Assembly (NCBI GenBank): GCA_012295275.1
Contig: CM022672.1
Coordinates: 22,816,001-22,880,000 of the forward strand
Direction of reading: 5' to 3'
Length of the DNA: 64,000 nt
From: Chrysomallon squamiferum
Taxonomy: Eukaryota > Animalia > Mollusca
Shown: one piece after another, positions 1-13,700 of the stretch
Layout of the letters: each line of letters opens with the position of its first letter
Position numbering within the stretch: the first letter of the stretch is position 1
The notes under the pieces: model-generated
Database searches by the model: none
The model's input: only the letters and a program-made list of their open reading frames with translations
What the model was told of the DNA's origin: nothing
Made by a program: the position numbers and the translations under genes

Positions 1-2096
1 ATATTTTCTGCCATGTGGTCCAATCCTTTAGCTGCAATTACAAATACAAATATTACTATAATTTCCAAGTTATTATTTCTAGGTCAGTTTAAAAATCTGT
101 TTATATATTAGTATTGTTATATTTCACATGTACATTTTAAACTATTAAAACAAATGTTTATGTCACTTCAGCTTTATGTATCACAAAAAGTCAACGTTAC
201 TACATGTAGGTTAACAAATAAATATCTATCCTATAATTATCTAAAAATGTAATCTCCAGTAAACCTTTTCATATAACATTTGACTTCATACACATAGGAT
301 AATTCAACAAATTACCAGATTTATATATTTATGAAGAATTATAGGGTCCTAACAAAACAACATTAGAAAATTTTGTACTTTCTATCAGTTAATCTACTAC
401 AAAATGAAATTTATTTGTAATAATTGTCTGGACAGTGAGGTAAAATAAAGAAAAAGAAATTAATTAAACAAACAACCAAAATACCAACTCACAATACACC
501 ATCAAAAATAAAGGAAAGGTTATGTCAACTGTTTTTTTTTGTTTTTTTGGGGTGGCTGGTTAAATTATGAATATGTTTGTACTCAAACCATGATATGTGA
601 TGAAAGAAATTAAACAATTCTGTAGCAAACACTGCTACTGTCATTGTTAAACAGATTAACAGGCTGGACGTACCGGGAAGTGCAGAAATAAAATCCCTCT
701 GTAACATAGGCCTGAGAAAAGCATTAATCTGTCCATGCTGATAATGACACATATGGGATAATAAATGTTCAACAAATTCAATTTGTTCATATTCAGTCCA
801 TTTTTCAAAGTACTCAGTACATGATGACTTCTCATCTTCAAATAAAGGTGAAGGCTGCTGTTCTTTCTTCGTCATACTTCTTACAACAGCAGCACTTTCA
901 GCCTAAAGCATAAAAATAAAAAAATAAAAAAATAGAAAATTATTTCACATATTCAGTTCATCTAATATGAAATATAATGTATTCTCGGATATACTGCATA
1001 ACTGTTTTGCCAAGGAGATTAAAATAGTTAACCAAAGTATATCATCCTAAGTATAAACATGTGTTATTCAGACAAATGGACTTACTTATTAGTAATATTT
1101 TTGTTAAAGCTAGAAAATTTTTATATTTTACTGTATTTAACACTACAGCACACAACATTAAAACAAAAATCAAAGATCTTCAAAAGTTTGTTTAAAACAG
1201 ATTAGAACATTTGTAAATAGTGTTAATTTAATGAATTGAAAGATTGTTTCTCAAACAGATTCAATTAATAAATGGGAACATGTTTATAGATACTAGTTAT
1301 AACATTAGAAATGAACAATGGTACTAATACAATTATTTTCAGAAATCATTTTAAAAATGTAACTGAAAAATAAAAAGATAAAAAGTATTACTTTAGTCAT
1401 TTCATTCCCCAGTCTCTATTTAACATTTATCAAACATTTTAAATTGTTGTAAAATGTTTTAAAAGTCATAACTCAGAGGCAATAAACCACACTACTAACA
1501 GTGTAACTTTATAAACACTTTTTGAAATAATAATAATAGCAATAATAATAAATTATTAATTTACTACTACATCCTTTTACAAGGTTTATATTTTAAAAGT
1601 CCATTTACTTACTAAATCTTCCAAATATTGTAACACAAGTTTCTGCATTTTATTTAAACCTATCATAATTAATATATTTTCAATTCAGAGAGCTGTCACC
1701 TGTAAACCATAAATACATTAATTTGTTTTTCTACTAGTTAAAGTTAATGCTGACATGTACATTCACAGCAGAAAACAGACATAGCCAACTGTGTACAGGA
1801 TATAAGCGTAGGGATGACATTAGCAGTTTAATATTAATATCAATTAAGATAAAAACAAACCAAAAATTACAAAAAACTTTAATAAGAATTGTTTAGTAAC
1901 CATGATTACTAAACACTCAAGTGTATCACACTGTATTTCTATTTTTATGACTTGATTATGAAACTAATAAGCTCTCAAGCTGTGGTTCGCTAGAACATAT
2001 GCAAGAGACCACAGCTGAGTTTAGCTTGTCTGACTAAGCACAACTTAATAACAGTATTATAATAATGACAGCGAATCTTTACAAAAGATCACAATG

Positions 2097-2127
<31 letters not shown>

Positions 2128-4539
2128 AGATCAGAATCTAAAGAGAAATACAAAATGAATGGTATAAATTTATTTCTTGCTTCAGTTAAACCAGAATTTC
2201 TCAGTATGTCAAATACACACATTTTGATGATAGGTTTTTAAGTAGTAAAAACTGAATTTAAAACCCCCTTAGACAAATAATGCTGAGCTGATATTATATC
2301 TAGTCTATCCATGAAATAACTTAACAACATCATATTAATGGCCAATTAACATAAAACCCTGTTGTCAAATGGCAACATTAAAACAAATGAAGTTGGCATT
2401 CATTCTTTTTTGCATGAATTACTCTAGTTCTAGGAAGGACTGAAAACTGATCAACAGAAACTTCTTTAGAAAGGCATGTAGTATACAAGACAAAACCAGT
2501 GAGCTTTGTAAAAGCTATCTGGATAAACTGTTTGCTTAGGGCCTAAAGGACATTACTGTTCAGTATGACACTGTTCCATGCTGTTCTCTCATCGTAAACG
2601 AAAAACAGACTCGGAACAGCCAACTCCAAATATTTGCACACACTAACATACAAGAGATTTGCATATTTATAGAAACAGAGGTAACTCATGTTGTCACTGG
2701 TCTTATTCCAAAAACTAAACACAATAAAAACCAACCTCAGAAATCTTCTCCAAGGGCTGGTCAAGTAAAGTTATTAAAAAAAAAAAATTAATTGAAGATC
2801 TATGTAATTTATCTGAAGCTTTCAAATTCTACTGATATTAAACAATAACAATTAAAATTAAATATGAAAGCAAATAAATAATAACTGAACTATTATTTCC
2901 CTATTAACTAATTATTTATTAAACATATAAATGTGTGATTGTGAATATGTGTACAGCCAAGAATGACTATTCAGTTCCCTGAAATATTATTAATACTGAT
3001 TTAATATTTTTTGGAATTTATTTACTTTTAAATTTAGTAGATAAGCAATAAAAAAAACCAAATCAGATTCAAAGACATTTTCCTTTCTTATTTTTTTTTT
3101 TTTTTTGACTGTTGTCTTCTGTTGCCAAGACAAGATTAAGAAAAAGAACCAACACAAAACTGGCTAATAGCAAAATTATTTCAGTGATATCATCAGTTTT
3201 GATAATAGGCCAAATTACCAAATAGTAAAATAAAAAGGTAACATTAGTTTATAAATTAAAAGAGCTAAAATTTAATATTACTGACACAATCATAACAAAT
3301 CTTTAAAAAATCTTTAGATGTTAGAATTTTGTTGTGATTAGAATGTTTATATTCTGCAAATTTTTAGTTGTTTTTTTATTGATCTGTTATTTCCATAGCA
3401 TGTTCACATATACTTGAGGTAAATGACATGTTAAGTGTTTAAAGATGGAATATAAGCTACTGCAGTGTTTGTGTTTTATAATGTCTTTTTCGTGCATGTG
3501 AGAAGTAAATGGAATTCATACATTTCATTCTCATTAAACATAATTTGTATCAAAGACAAATAATGTGATTTTGTTTATTATAAAAATAAAATATATTTTT
3601 TTTTAAATGTTGATTACTGAAGAAGAAAGAGCACAGTAATTTAAAAATGGAAAAATCCCACTAATATTAGGAAATCAATAAACATAATATACAAAATAAT
3701 TTCAAATGAAATGCTTTCCTTGAGATACAGAATGCATACTTTTACTTACAAAAATCTAAACCATCTGATTTATCAAATCTAAACAGAAAATTATTTATGA
3801 TGTCTTATCCCAAAAATATAAAAAATATTTAGATAGATAAAAGTAACTCATCCATATTTAATGCTAGAACCATATAATATACATTTTAAGTTATATTGCC
3901 AACAATAAAAAGATTACACATTTTGTTCAAATGGTTGTAATAATCTGATGACCATTCATTTTACAGGATATACATGACTAGGCATTCTTTGGTCGTACTA
4001 ATACTTATATAAACAAGATTATTGTTAGATAGTATTAAATTAAATCCGACAAATTATATTATATTAAATGTATTATACAATTTACTGGAATGTGTAAGTT
4101 TAGCTGAATCGATCTTATAAATTATTTTATACTATGCACAAAACGAATATAGTTCCCAAATATATTATCCAAAGATCTGATAATTAATAGTGATATAGAC
4201 ATCCAATGAATGATCCATTTCTTCTGAAGTTACCTTGTTTCTTATAACAATTATGCCTAGCAGCAAGATAATCATTAACAATATATGAAGAAAAAATAAT
4301 TCAACGGTATATAAGGCTGTTGTATGTTCCATTTAAATAACTTTTAACAATACTTTAAGTTGTGATAGTGTACATGACTGACGGAATTCCACAATGATTT
4401 TCCGTTTTAACACCGAAAAATGGCGTCTGATAAATGGTTTAAGTGGAAATGTTATACAAAAAATTATATTTACCCTTTTTTCTTCTGGTCTTTCCTCAAC
4501 AGAACTACAGGTTTCCATTTTTGTTTCTCCAGTGGACAT
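1..4539 (-). CDS. BTRC: beta-TrCP (BTRC/FBXW11/slimb-type) F-box WD40 protein, 5' part; continues beyond the left edge
   Basis: Phase-compatible GT-AG exons 4539-4474 ([22 protein letters not shown]; first-exon assignment less certain), 902-674 (…[39 protein letters not shown]-domain) and 31-1 ([11 protein letters not shown], start of F-box). Confidence 0.93.
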
Positions 4540-4544
4540 TTTGA

Positions 4545-4830
4545 AAATATTCAAAATCTTAAATTAAAAGAGAAAAACACAAAGAAAACCATACACCCTT
4601 CAGGGTTGTTCCCTTATTAGGGACGGATGTTCTGACGTCATGATGGTCATGTGTTTATCTCGTCTGTGCGAGGTGACGTTAACTTTAATAATAAAATTAC
4701 TTAATTTTGATTTATACTGTATGCGCTTATGAAATCTGGAAAGGATATTAGAGAATATATTAAAACAAATTTTTATTCTAAATTTCAGATGTAAATTATG
4801 TAAATAATGTTTACTTCCGGTTTATGAAGC
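4545..4830. promoter_or_regulatory. Bidirectional promoter bTrCP/RPP30 with CRE (TGACGTCA 4633-4640) and ETS-like site (ACTTCCGG ~4813-4820)
   Basis: Divergent start codons are about 290 bp apart; motifs read directly; CpGs locally enriched. Confidence 0.65.
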
Positions 4831-7800
4831 ATGGCTGTTTTTGCTGATCTGAATGTTGCATGTGTTTCAAATAAAACATTGCTTCAAGATGCTATAGCCA
4901 TAGCTTTCAAATGTAATTTTTTTTATGTTACTTATATAACTGATGAGACCTTTGTCTGAAAGTTATATCATGTTTAATATATTTAACGAGAAGTTACTGT
5001 GTCGCTATATCAAAATCATGACATAATCATTATATTTAATATTCATAATAATAATGTTAATAACATTAATAATAGGGATGATTAAAATGAGTTTCCCCCA
5101 GAACTGTTAATTATCAAAATGGCATTATTTAATCTGGCTGACATGAGTTTATGACTGTTATGCCAACAATGAATGGATGATGAAAACTAATAATAATTAA
5201 TAAATTACAGGTTTCGGTTGACTTTATTTTTTCTTCCCCCCCATAAAATTTCATAAAGTATATATACAAATTCAGACTGTTTTAAATTGGGCTTCAGTTT
5301 AAGATATAATTTGATCATGTCCAGATTCAGAAAGGTGTGACAATATTTTGAAATTGGTAATTTTATGGAATGTTAATACCTAGATCAATGTAAACCTGTT
5401 TATGTTCATAATTTTGATTCCAAATCCAAAGTTTAAAGTATATGTTTATACATAAGTAACGTGTATTAAAAATTTCGATTTTAATTTTTTATTTTATAAT
5501 GATTTCTCATTGTGAGCAATATAATTGTTGTCTGATACAATGAAATCATGTTTTCATTTTTTTTTTTTTTGGATCATTTTTTGTTTTTATTTATTTTTAT
5601 TATTATTATTTTTTTTTTTCACTAGTGGGATATGAATGTATAGCTGTGAATAATTTTATACCTGAACTAAAAAGCAAGGGTAAAGGCAAGCAGGGAGACA
5701 AGCAGGTATATATTTATTTTGATTTAAATGTTTATTTCATTTTATTTTATAATGATATTATCAGAAGTTTAACATTATTATTTCAACAAAGGACCTTCTT
5801 TAAAAATAATAATAATAATAATAATAATCCAAAAATCTCTGCAAAGTCCTTTATAATCAAGCAATATAAATATATATATATATATATAAATAACAAATCA
5901 CCAACTTTCCATTTAGATCGCTGTTAAACCTTTAATTTTTCCATAATTCTTTGTTTTATTATTGTTATTATTATTATTATTATTCTTATTATTTTTTTTA
6001 TAGACTGTAGTGGTTCCACCAGAAGACATCTTATTGAAAGGTGATGACTGCAAGGTTAGTTTTTTTGTTTTTTTAATCAAGTTTTATTAGATTATCCAGG
6101 ACGTGGAGAGAGCAAGAAAGTTGAGAATGTAGGGAAGCATCTCACAATGACTAAAAAGTGCAACAAAAAGACTGAAATGAACAGCAAACTCATTTGGCAG
6201 CCTTACATGCATCCTGATGGATTGCTTTAATTTTAGCAGTATAGTTTCATCATAATCATATTTGTATTTTTATAACAGCTTTTAAAACTTCTTGAAGTTA
6301 ACACAGATGGAAAATGTATTTGTTTAAAAAAAGTTTGTATGTAATTTGGAAATAAATAGGATCTATTTTATTTTTTTTCTTAGATATTATATTGTTTTAT
6401 ATCGATTATTATTATTCTTTTAATTATATATATATATATATATATCAGAATGGAAAACCACCTATTCGACAGCTTTCCCGATTCACTACAGTTGTAGATG
6501 ATCCTTCAAAAACAGCTAGACTGGTGAGAATTTTTAATTAATGAATAAAAGTAAAGTTTCAATTCTTTAAAAAAAAAATTTGTTCACCTATATATACAAT
6601 TTATTTTATACCATCGAAAAGTATTTATTAACACTGCATTTTTTCTAGATATTATATTGTATATAATAGTGTATTTGGAGAATATTCATAATGTAAGAGA
6701 AAAAAACACACACTCTTCTGATTAGTATGCATTACACTATAATTAGTGCTGTTTTTAAAAACTAAAATACAAATTTGTTAATATGTCAAAAGTAATGGGA
6801 AATATTTCATAAAAACAATTTTTAAAAGGTATGGGAGTGCAAAATAATTCCATGCATTTAAAGTTAAGTTGTTGAATAAGTTTATATTGATCACTTTCAG
6901 TATTATTCATATCAATTTCAGGAAATGAACATTATGGCATATCAGCATTCAAAGCAGCTTTTTATTATTACTTTTTTATTTTATTTTATTTTTTTCCTAT
7001 TTACAGTCATCACCTGAAGTTCAAGCTTATGATTTAGTTGCAGTAGAACCAACATCAGAGAAAACCTTCCATGTTTGTACAGTTATTTTTCAGTTTGTTA
7101 TTAATATACAAAATAGAACATTTTTGAAGCATGGAAATCAAAAAGATGTTACCTATTGCATTTTGGCTATTTTTCACATCACTGAGGTACAGTTGGCCTA
7201 CAGAATATGTTTAATTCTAAAGTTACAGGTCTCTGTTTATGTTATTTTAATTCATTGTTTAAAATCTAAATTAATTACAAACAAAATATTTTCCGTATAA
7301 GTACCTTTCTGATTTTTAGTGCTGTTCCTATATTTAATTTTTTTATTTTTTTACTTTTTTATTTTTTATTTTTACTAGCTGGCCTGTGGAACCCTTGATG
7401 TTGATATTATTTGTTTGAATATGACAGAGAAGTTACCATTTTACATCAAAAGACCATCCATAAATTTGGTTTGTATGTTTTATATTTCAATTCAAAGTAA
7501 TTTTATTTATCATTTTTGCAACCAGTTGTAACCAGACTTGCAAAGCAACATTTGAGCTACAGATGTCACATTAGTAGGCCATGATATGACTGTTTACAAA
7601 AACTGTTAACTTTATGACTTGTTAAAATCACTACAAGAAATTCTGTTAAACTGTTTGAGAACTGAGAATCTGGATTTTGTTTTTGTTTTTGTTTTTTTTG
7701 TTTTTAATAAATGTATTAATTCTTTAAATTTGATATGCATTAAATTATGGAACTTATCCCTAGTTCATCTTAAATCTGAAATTTGAAATAAAATATTTAC

Positions 7801-10010
7801 TCCTTTCAGCTATGATACCTATCTTAAATATCGGTAATTAATTCCTTTATTTCCACTAACCAAGTAGTCTTTACTATTGCAGGCTTTAGAGCGAGGAGTT
7901 TTCTTTGAGATAAAATATGCTCCTGCCATTAGAGATAGCACAGCAAGGAAAAATACCTTTGTCACTGCCCAGTCTTTGGTTGATGTGTGTAAAGGAAAGG
8001 TGAAGTGAATATTTTAATACAGTTCAATGAGTGATATTCACTGAAGGAATATCCTCAGCCAAAGACAAACTAGCCAGGAATTATAAATGAACTTAAATAA
8101 CATAGAAAGCTTTCATAATTATTGTTAGCCTGTGACACAAACATCATTGGGAACGCTCCAGTTAAATATCCTTAAAAGTTGGTTTCGTGGTGTGTTTTTG
8201 TTTATTTGAAGTGGATAATTTTGTGTGTGTGTGTGGAGGGTGAGGAAAACACCCAGAGAAGATTATTTATTAAAACTAATTATGATGACAAATTGTTATA
8301 CTAAATGGTTTTTTATTGTATTTTTTTTTACTGCTTTCAGAACAATACTTTGTGTTTTCAGTATTTATAGCATAAACATTTTCTTGTTTATGAAATGATT
8401 TATTCACTATGTTTTAATCTATGACAACTGACAATTTATTGTATATTTTTTTACAGAATGTGATTGTAAGCAGTGGTTGTGAAAAGGTATGATGTCAATA
8501 CTTAATATGAATTTAAAATACCAACAAAAGATACATTAGTAATTATATATTTTTTATACAAAATTTAACAGGTTGTTCCTTGACTAAACTAAAAAATCTG
8601 CATGTGGCAGTATCTATTATCAGTTTGTATTCAAGATTTATTATATATTAAATAACTATTGTATGACTAAATCTGAAATGTGTTTTATTACATTTAATGG
8701 TATTTTACATTAATATGTATGATGTCTTTACAGTTTGTTATTAACTTCATTTTTATCAGCTTGGTTCTTACCCTTCTTCTCTTCAGGCTTTTGAACTACG
8801 AGGACCATATGATGTTTCCAATCTGTATCTTTTCATTAATATCATCATCGCTGCATTTTTTATATTTTTTTTTAATTTCTAGTTTAAATTATGTTTAATG
8901 TTCTGAAAGTCTGTTTTATTTTATTTTATAATTTAATGTACAGTGAATCTTCTTTATATATACCTAGCAGATTTTATTGGAAATTTATATTTTTAAAAAT
9001 TAAATATGATAAGAATAAAAGGCAGCTTTAACAATCAATAAAAAATGTTTTTGATATGACTTTTTTTTATATTTTTATATTTTTTTTTATGATGTAGATC
9101 AGATTTTTCTTTCCATTTTTTGATAAAATATTCCTTCATCATAAATTACAGATGTCTATTATTTGGTTTGAGTCCGATGCAGGCTAAAGATTGTTTAACC
9201 ATCAACTGTCGAAGTGTGCTGAAACATGCAGGTATATATCTAAACGCAAACGTCAGGAAATTAATGTGAAAAATATGCCCAGATGTGGTTTGGGATTTCA
9301 TGTTATGAACCTTTCAAGCCGCATTTATTGAGCACATAAATCACAATCAAATCCTTCTTAATCCCCTAAAAAATTAAAAAACAGCAAAAAATCAACAAAC
9401 AACAACAGCCACACACACACACACAAATACATGCCACACTGTCACAAGCACAATAGGAACTTGCTAAGAAAGTAAGTTTTGTCACCATCTTTAATGACAC
9501 ATTAATTTCCTGAATTACAGTACTCTTGTTCCAGAACAACAATGTACATTTAATGTGAAAATGCATGGCAGTGTTCTTTTAATACTGTTTTATTTACTCA
9601 TAATATAAAAATAACACATTCCTAAAGAAAATAAATAGCAATGTTTGTACTGAAGAAAAAACATGAAACTGATTTCATTTGTAAATATTTCAGGTCAGTC
9701 GTCTTTGTTATTATTTTTGTCTTTATTTTATTATTATTTTGTCCTTTTATTGAAATTAAAATGGTAATTCTCAAGAAAATACAACATGCAAAAAAATAGT
9801 TGAATCAGTAAATCAGCAATTAAACAAATCTTTTGTTTATTTTTTAATTTTGTTTTTTATCTAGAAGCAAGAAAGATGAAAAAGTGCGCAATTCAGATCA
9901 TGAAATGTTCAACACTGTCAATGACAAACATCAAAAAACGAAAGAAAGATGAAGATATAACAATCACCAAAAATGATCAAATTGAAAGCAAAAAATGTAA
10001 AGAAACTTGA
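4831..10010 (+). CDS. RPP30: Ribonuclease P/MRP protein subunit p30
   Basis: 11 exons: 4831-4912, 5626-5705, 6004-6054, 6449-6523, 7007-7072, 7379-7468, 7883-7999, 8457-8486, 8787-8824, 9152-9231, 9865-10010. Translation MAVFADLNV…LGYECIAVNN…YDLVAVEPTSEKTFHLAC…ALERGVFFEIKYAPAIRDS…ELRGPYDVSNLCLLFGLS…HAEARK; all phases consistent. Confidence 0.95.
8825..9151 (+). other. U12-type (minor spliceosome) GT-AG intron in RPP30
   Basis: 5' site GTATCTTT; branch-like TTCCTTCAT at 9131-9139 close to the AG; no polypyrimidine tract. Confidence 0.65.
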
Positions 10011-10775
10011 AATAAATGTACAAAAAGAAAAAGAAGAAAATCTTTGTTAATCCCCATTTTTATATTACTGCATAGATATGACCATTCTTTTGTTGATGTT
10101 GCATCATTTGAGTATGGCAATACATTAAAACATGAATTGTTTTTAAAAATCTGCATATGCATTGTTTTTTTATTTTTATTTATTAAAATTTCATATTTAT
10201 ATAATAAGATGAATTAAGTCATATTAATGAAATATTCTCTACTTGAAAGATAATTTGCAATGCACCTTCAGTTCAGAAAGAAAAAACAGGTTAATGGAGT
10301 TATTTTAAATAGGGCAGTTATATAACTGAAAGTTTGGCTCCTATCTATTCACCAGTTTAAAGGATACACCTAGCTGCTGATCTCTGGCAGTATAACTTTT
10401 TTTTTTTTTTTTTAAGGCAGTTTGTACTCTGGATGTAGATGAGTGTTTAGCTACTGTTAGTATACATCTTTAATTTGTTTCTTTAATAACATAGTTAAAA
10501 TACTTATATCAGCACAGCACTTAAGATGAATGTGTAAAAAGTATTCATATTTTTAAAATAACAATAAATATGATTATTTGTTTAATTTATCAGATTTAAC
10601 AAATATGGTGAGGTACTACAGTTTGAGTTAAAAACTTGTACAAAAGCTTGTGAAAATAAAAAATGCTTGTTAGTAATGTGATTATCAAAACATCTGAATT
10701 AACAGTTAATTAACAATGTTAATTAATTAATTTTGTTGTTGTTGAAATTAAGTATGCTATTATTAAACAAACCAG

Positions 10776-13700
10776 TCACCAAACTCCCACCGTGTAACTC
10801 AACAAGGTTTCATCACACATTTTACCAGCATAATGCACACATTCAAATGTGGTGCAACTTGTGCACTCTGTAACATCCTGTACATAGATAAAGAGGTAGA
10901 CAAAAATAAAGTGGGTCAGAATCAGTGCACTCATTGACAAGCTGCAAAGAATGATGCGAGATTTCCTTGTCCACCAGCCAAATGTGATGTATGGCAAAAA
11001 TGCAATGGCACAAATCATGCCTGTGAAGAAGCCAACAAGCATAGCATAGTTACTGATCAGTGGCAGAGTACCAAGAGCAAGGCATGAAATCATGAGACCT
11101 GCTATTTTTCCAGCTTCTTTCCAAGGTTGTGGAATTAGCATCCAAGCTTGTGAAAGTTCCACAGTTAGCATTCCAACAGTGCCCATCAGAGATGCTGAAG
11201 TGCTGACTTGTGGCGTATATGGTGAAATTATTGCTGCACACTAAAAAATTCAATAGTTTGAAGAAGAAAACAAGATTTTGTATACTTGTGTATATAAGAA
11301 TTGAAATTAAAGCATTTGATGTTAATTTTATAAAACAAGTTACATTACATTTTGTATGACCTGTAACATTCAGATTCCTTTGAAAATTCTTGGGTAAACA
11401 GTATTCTGTTGAAGCTAATATATTTTCCCCTTACAGAGTCATATTAATGAATGTTACTAAAAATTAATGTTCCATGAAAAGTTAATCAAACAAAAGAGGG
11501 GGAAAAAAAATGAGATGTTTCTATTTAAGATACTTTCAGAACTATTTTCTTATTACCATTAAGCTGAAAGTACATGAGTAGCATAAAAAAATGTTTGGAA
11601 AATATTGTTAAGTTCTAGGCATTTATGAAAAAGATATTATTATTATTTTTTTTTTTTAAATTAAAAAAGTTTGTACCAGACAGCCATTGATTCCACTGCA
11701 GACATAGACCAGTAACATCCGCAGCCAACCTATTGTCATTTCCATTTGTCTCATCATAACCCAGTTACCAGCTAACAGAACAATAGCATGGAAAATGCCA
11801 TGTGTGTAAATGAGACTGAGAAAATATCTACCCCACTGGTTTGGTTTATATGGCAACCATGGATTGTAAGGGTCAGCCTTCAAACCTCCAAGCTGGCAAA
11901 CATCACTTGCACAGTTTACCTGGAAAATGATTTGTAAATTAATGCAATAAGGTATTTCCTGACACAGTTTCAGTAAAACTGTTTGGGCCCATAGCAAAAT
12001 TGTTTTCTGCATAGGCTTTGTGATCTGAAAATCATCAGACATACTCATTATTCTTTAGAAATTACATTCATAATATTTCTGTCAGTGTATTTTCCTGACC
12101 ATTTGTTTTAATTTAAACAGACAGACAAAATATTCCACCAAACAATTAAACAAACTAGAAACCTTTTTTCAAATTAATTACCTGTGCCATATAGAATGAC
12201 ATAGCTTTCAGAATGACAGCTTTTTAATAAATAGTTTACACATTACAACTTACTCATGTTTTTTACCTTTTTGCAAGCCGGGTACAAACCTAAAATAACT
12301 TTAAAAAAAAAAATTTCAACACTTCCATTTTTGTTTTCTTTACAAATCTGATTATACAGATAATCATCACTAGACACTTTTTGACTTCACCTGTAAAAGG
12401 TGGAACAAAACTATTCCTCGAGTGTTTCATCATTATTGTTTATTAAATGTGAAAGATCACTAAATATAAATAAAACTACAAACTCATAAGTATACAAAAT
12501 ATATCTGGACTATATTATTTTCCATGTAACTAAGGTATTACATGACATGAATATGTATGTGTGTGTACCTGGCTGCAGTGCTCAGCAAACTGATGAAATA
12601 TTCCACCTGCAAAGACACAGTGTTTGTGAGATGTATGAATACACATTCCATTCAGATCGATACAGCAAGGTTTCATGATATGAGCAACACTGTTTTTACC
12701 AGAAATGCGTTTGCTGCACAATATTCCCCTTTTCCAGATGCCCACACCTGATGAAGAAAACGATTTTTGCATATTTTTTATCTTCTTTCTAAAATATTTA
12801 GAATTTCTTCACATTTGAAAATAAACATGCATTCATAATATGAAAAAGAAATAAATGTATAACAAATATTAGTAATGTGACACATATTCATCTGTGTTTG
12901 CAACTGAGAATAGTTAAGAAATTTATTTTGGGGGAGGAGGGTGGTGTCTTTTTAAGATGTCAATAATCCCAGATTTAAAAATAATTTCATTATCATTCAT
13001 CTCTAAAATGTGTTTTGTACCTGATGACTATATTAAGGAAGGTGTTTTTCTATTACTTATAGTTCAATACAAATTCAGAAAGGACATCAGTTCATAGCTG
13101 ACCTGCTGTGTATATATAACATTCTTCTAGAGTGGTAGTTCCAGCAGTGTTTCTTGCAGCAACTTCACAGCAGCCAAGTTCATCTGTCTTGCTGAAATTG
13201 TGGATACGCAGAAAAGCAAGCCTGGTTTGATAATTGTCTCTCATGCAGAGTCCAAAAACTGCCCCAGCAGCTAAAAAGAACATAAACATTGTTTACAAAC
13301 TGTTACATCTACCTCTCCATAGAGTTCTGTCTTTATCAAGGTGCCTTCAAAAAACATCATTAGCAATTGTAAAATATTTTTGATAACCTAGAATATTACT
13401 AGAATATTAGAGTAGATTCTTATGAAGAATGCTTGAATGTGTAGTCAGTATGATTGATATGGTTTTAGCATGGCTTTGTATAGTTCTTAGGAGTAGTTAC
13501 AGGTGAGGGTTCAAATTATGAACATGTAGAGGGTAAAATTTTAGGTGAATGTCCTAAACTTCCATGTCCTGTAACCCTATACCCATGGATAGTGATATAT
13601 TTATATGTTTATTTATGTAAGCTTCTCTGTCAAAAGATAATGACATTTTCCAGTACAGGCTCAAAAGTTGGTTTTGTGACTTAATCTTTCCTGTACAGTG

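Noticed and set aside
2543-2764. ORF or alternative exon in bTrCP intron 1
   Set aside because: No homology recognised and no phase-compatible splice sites found.
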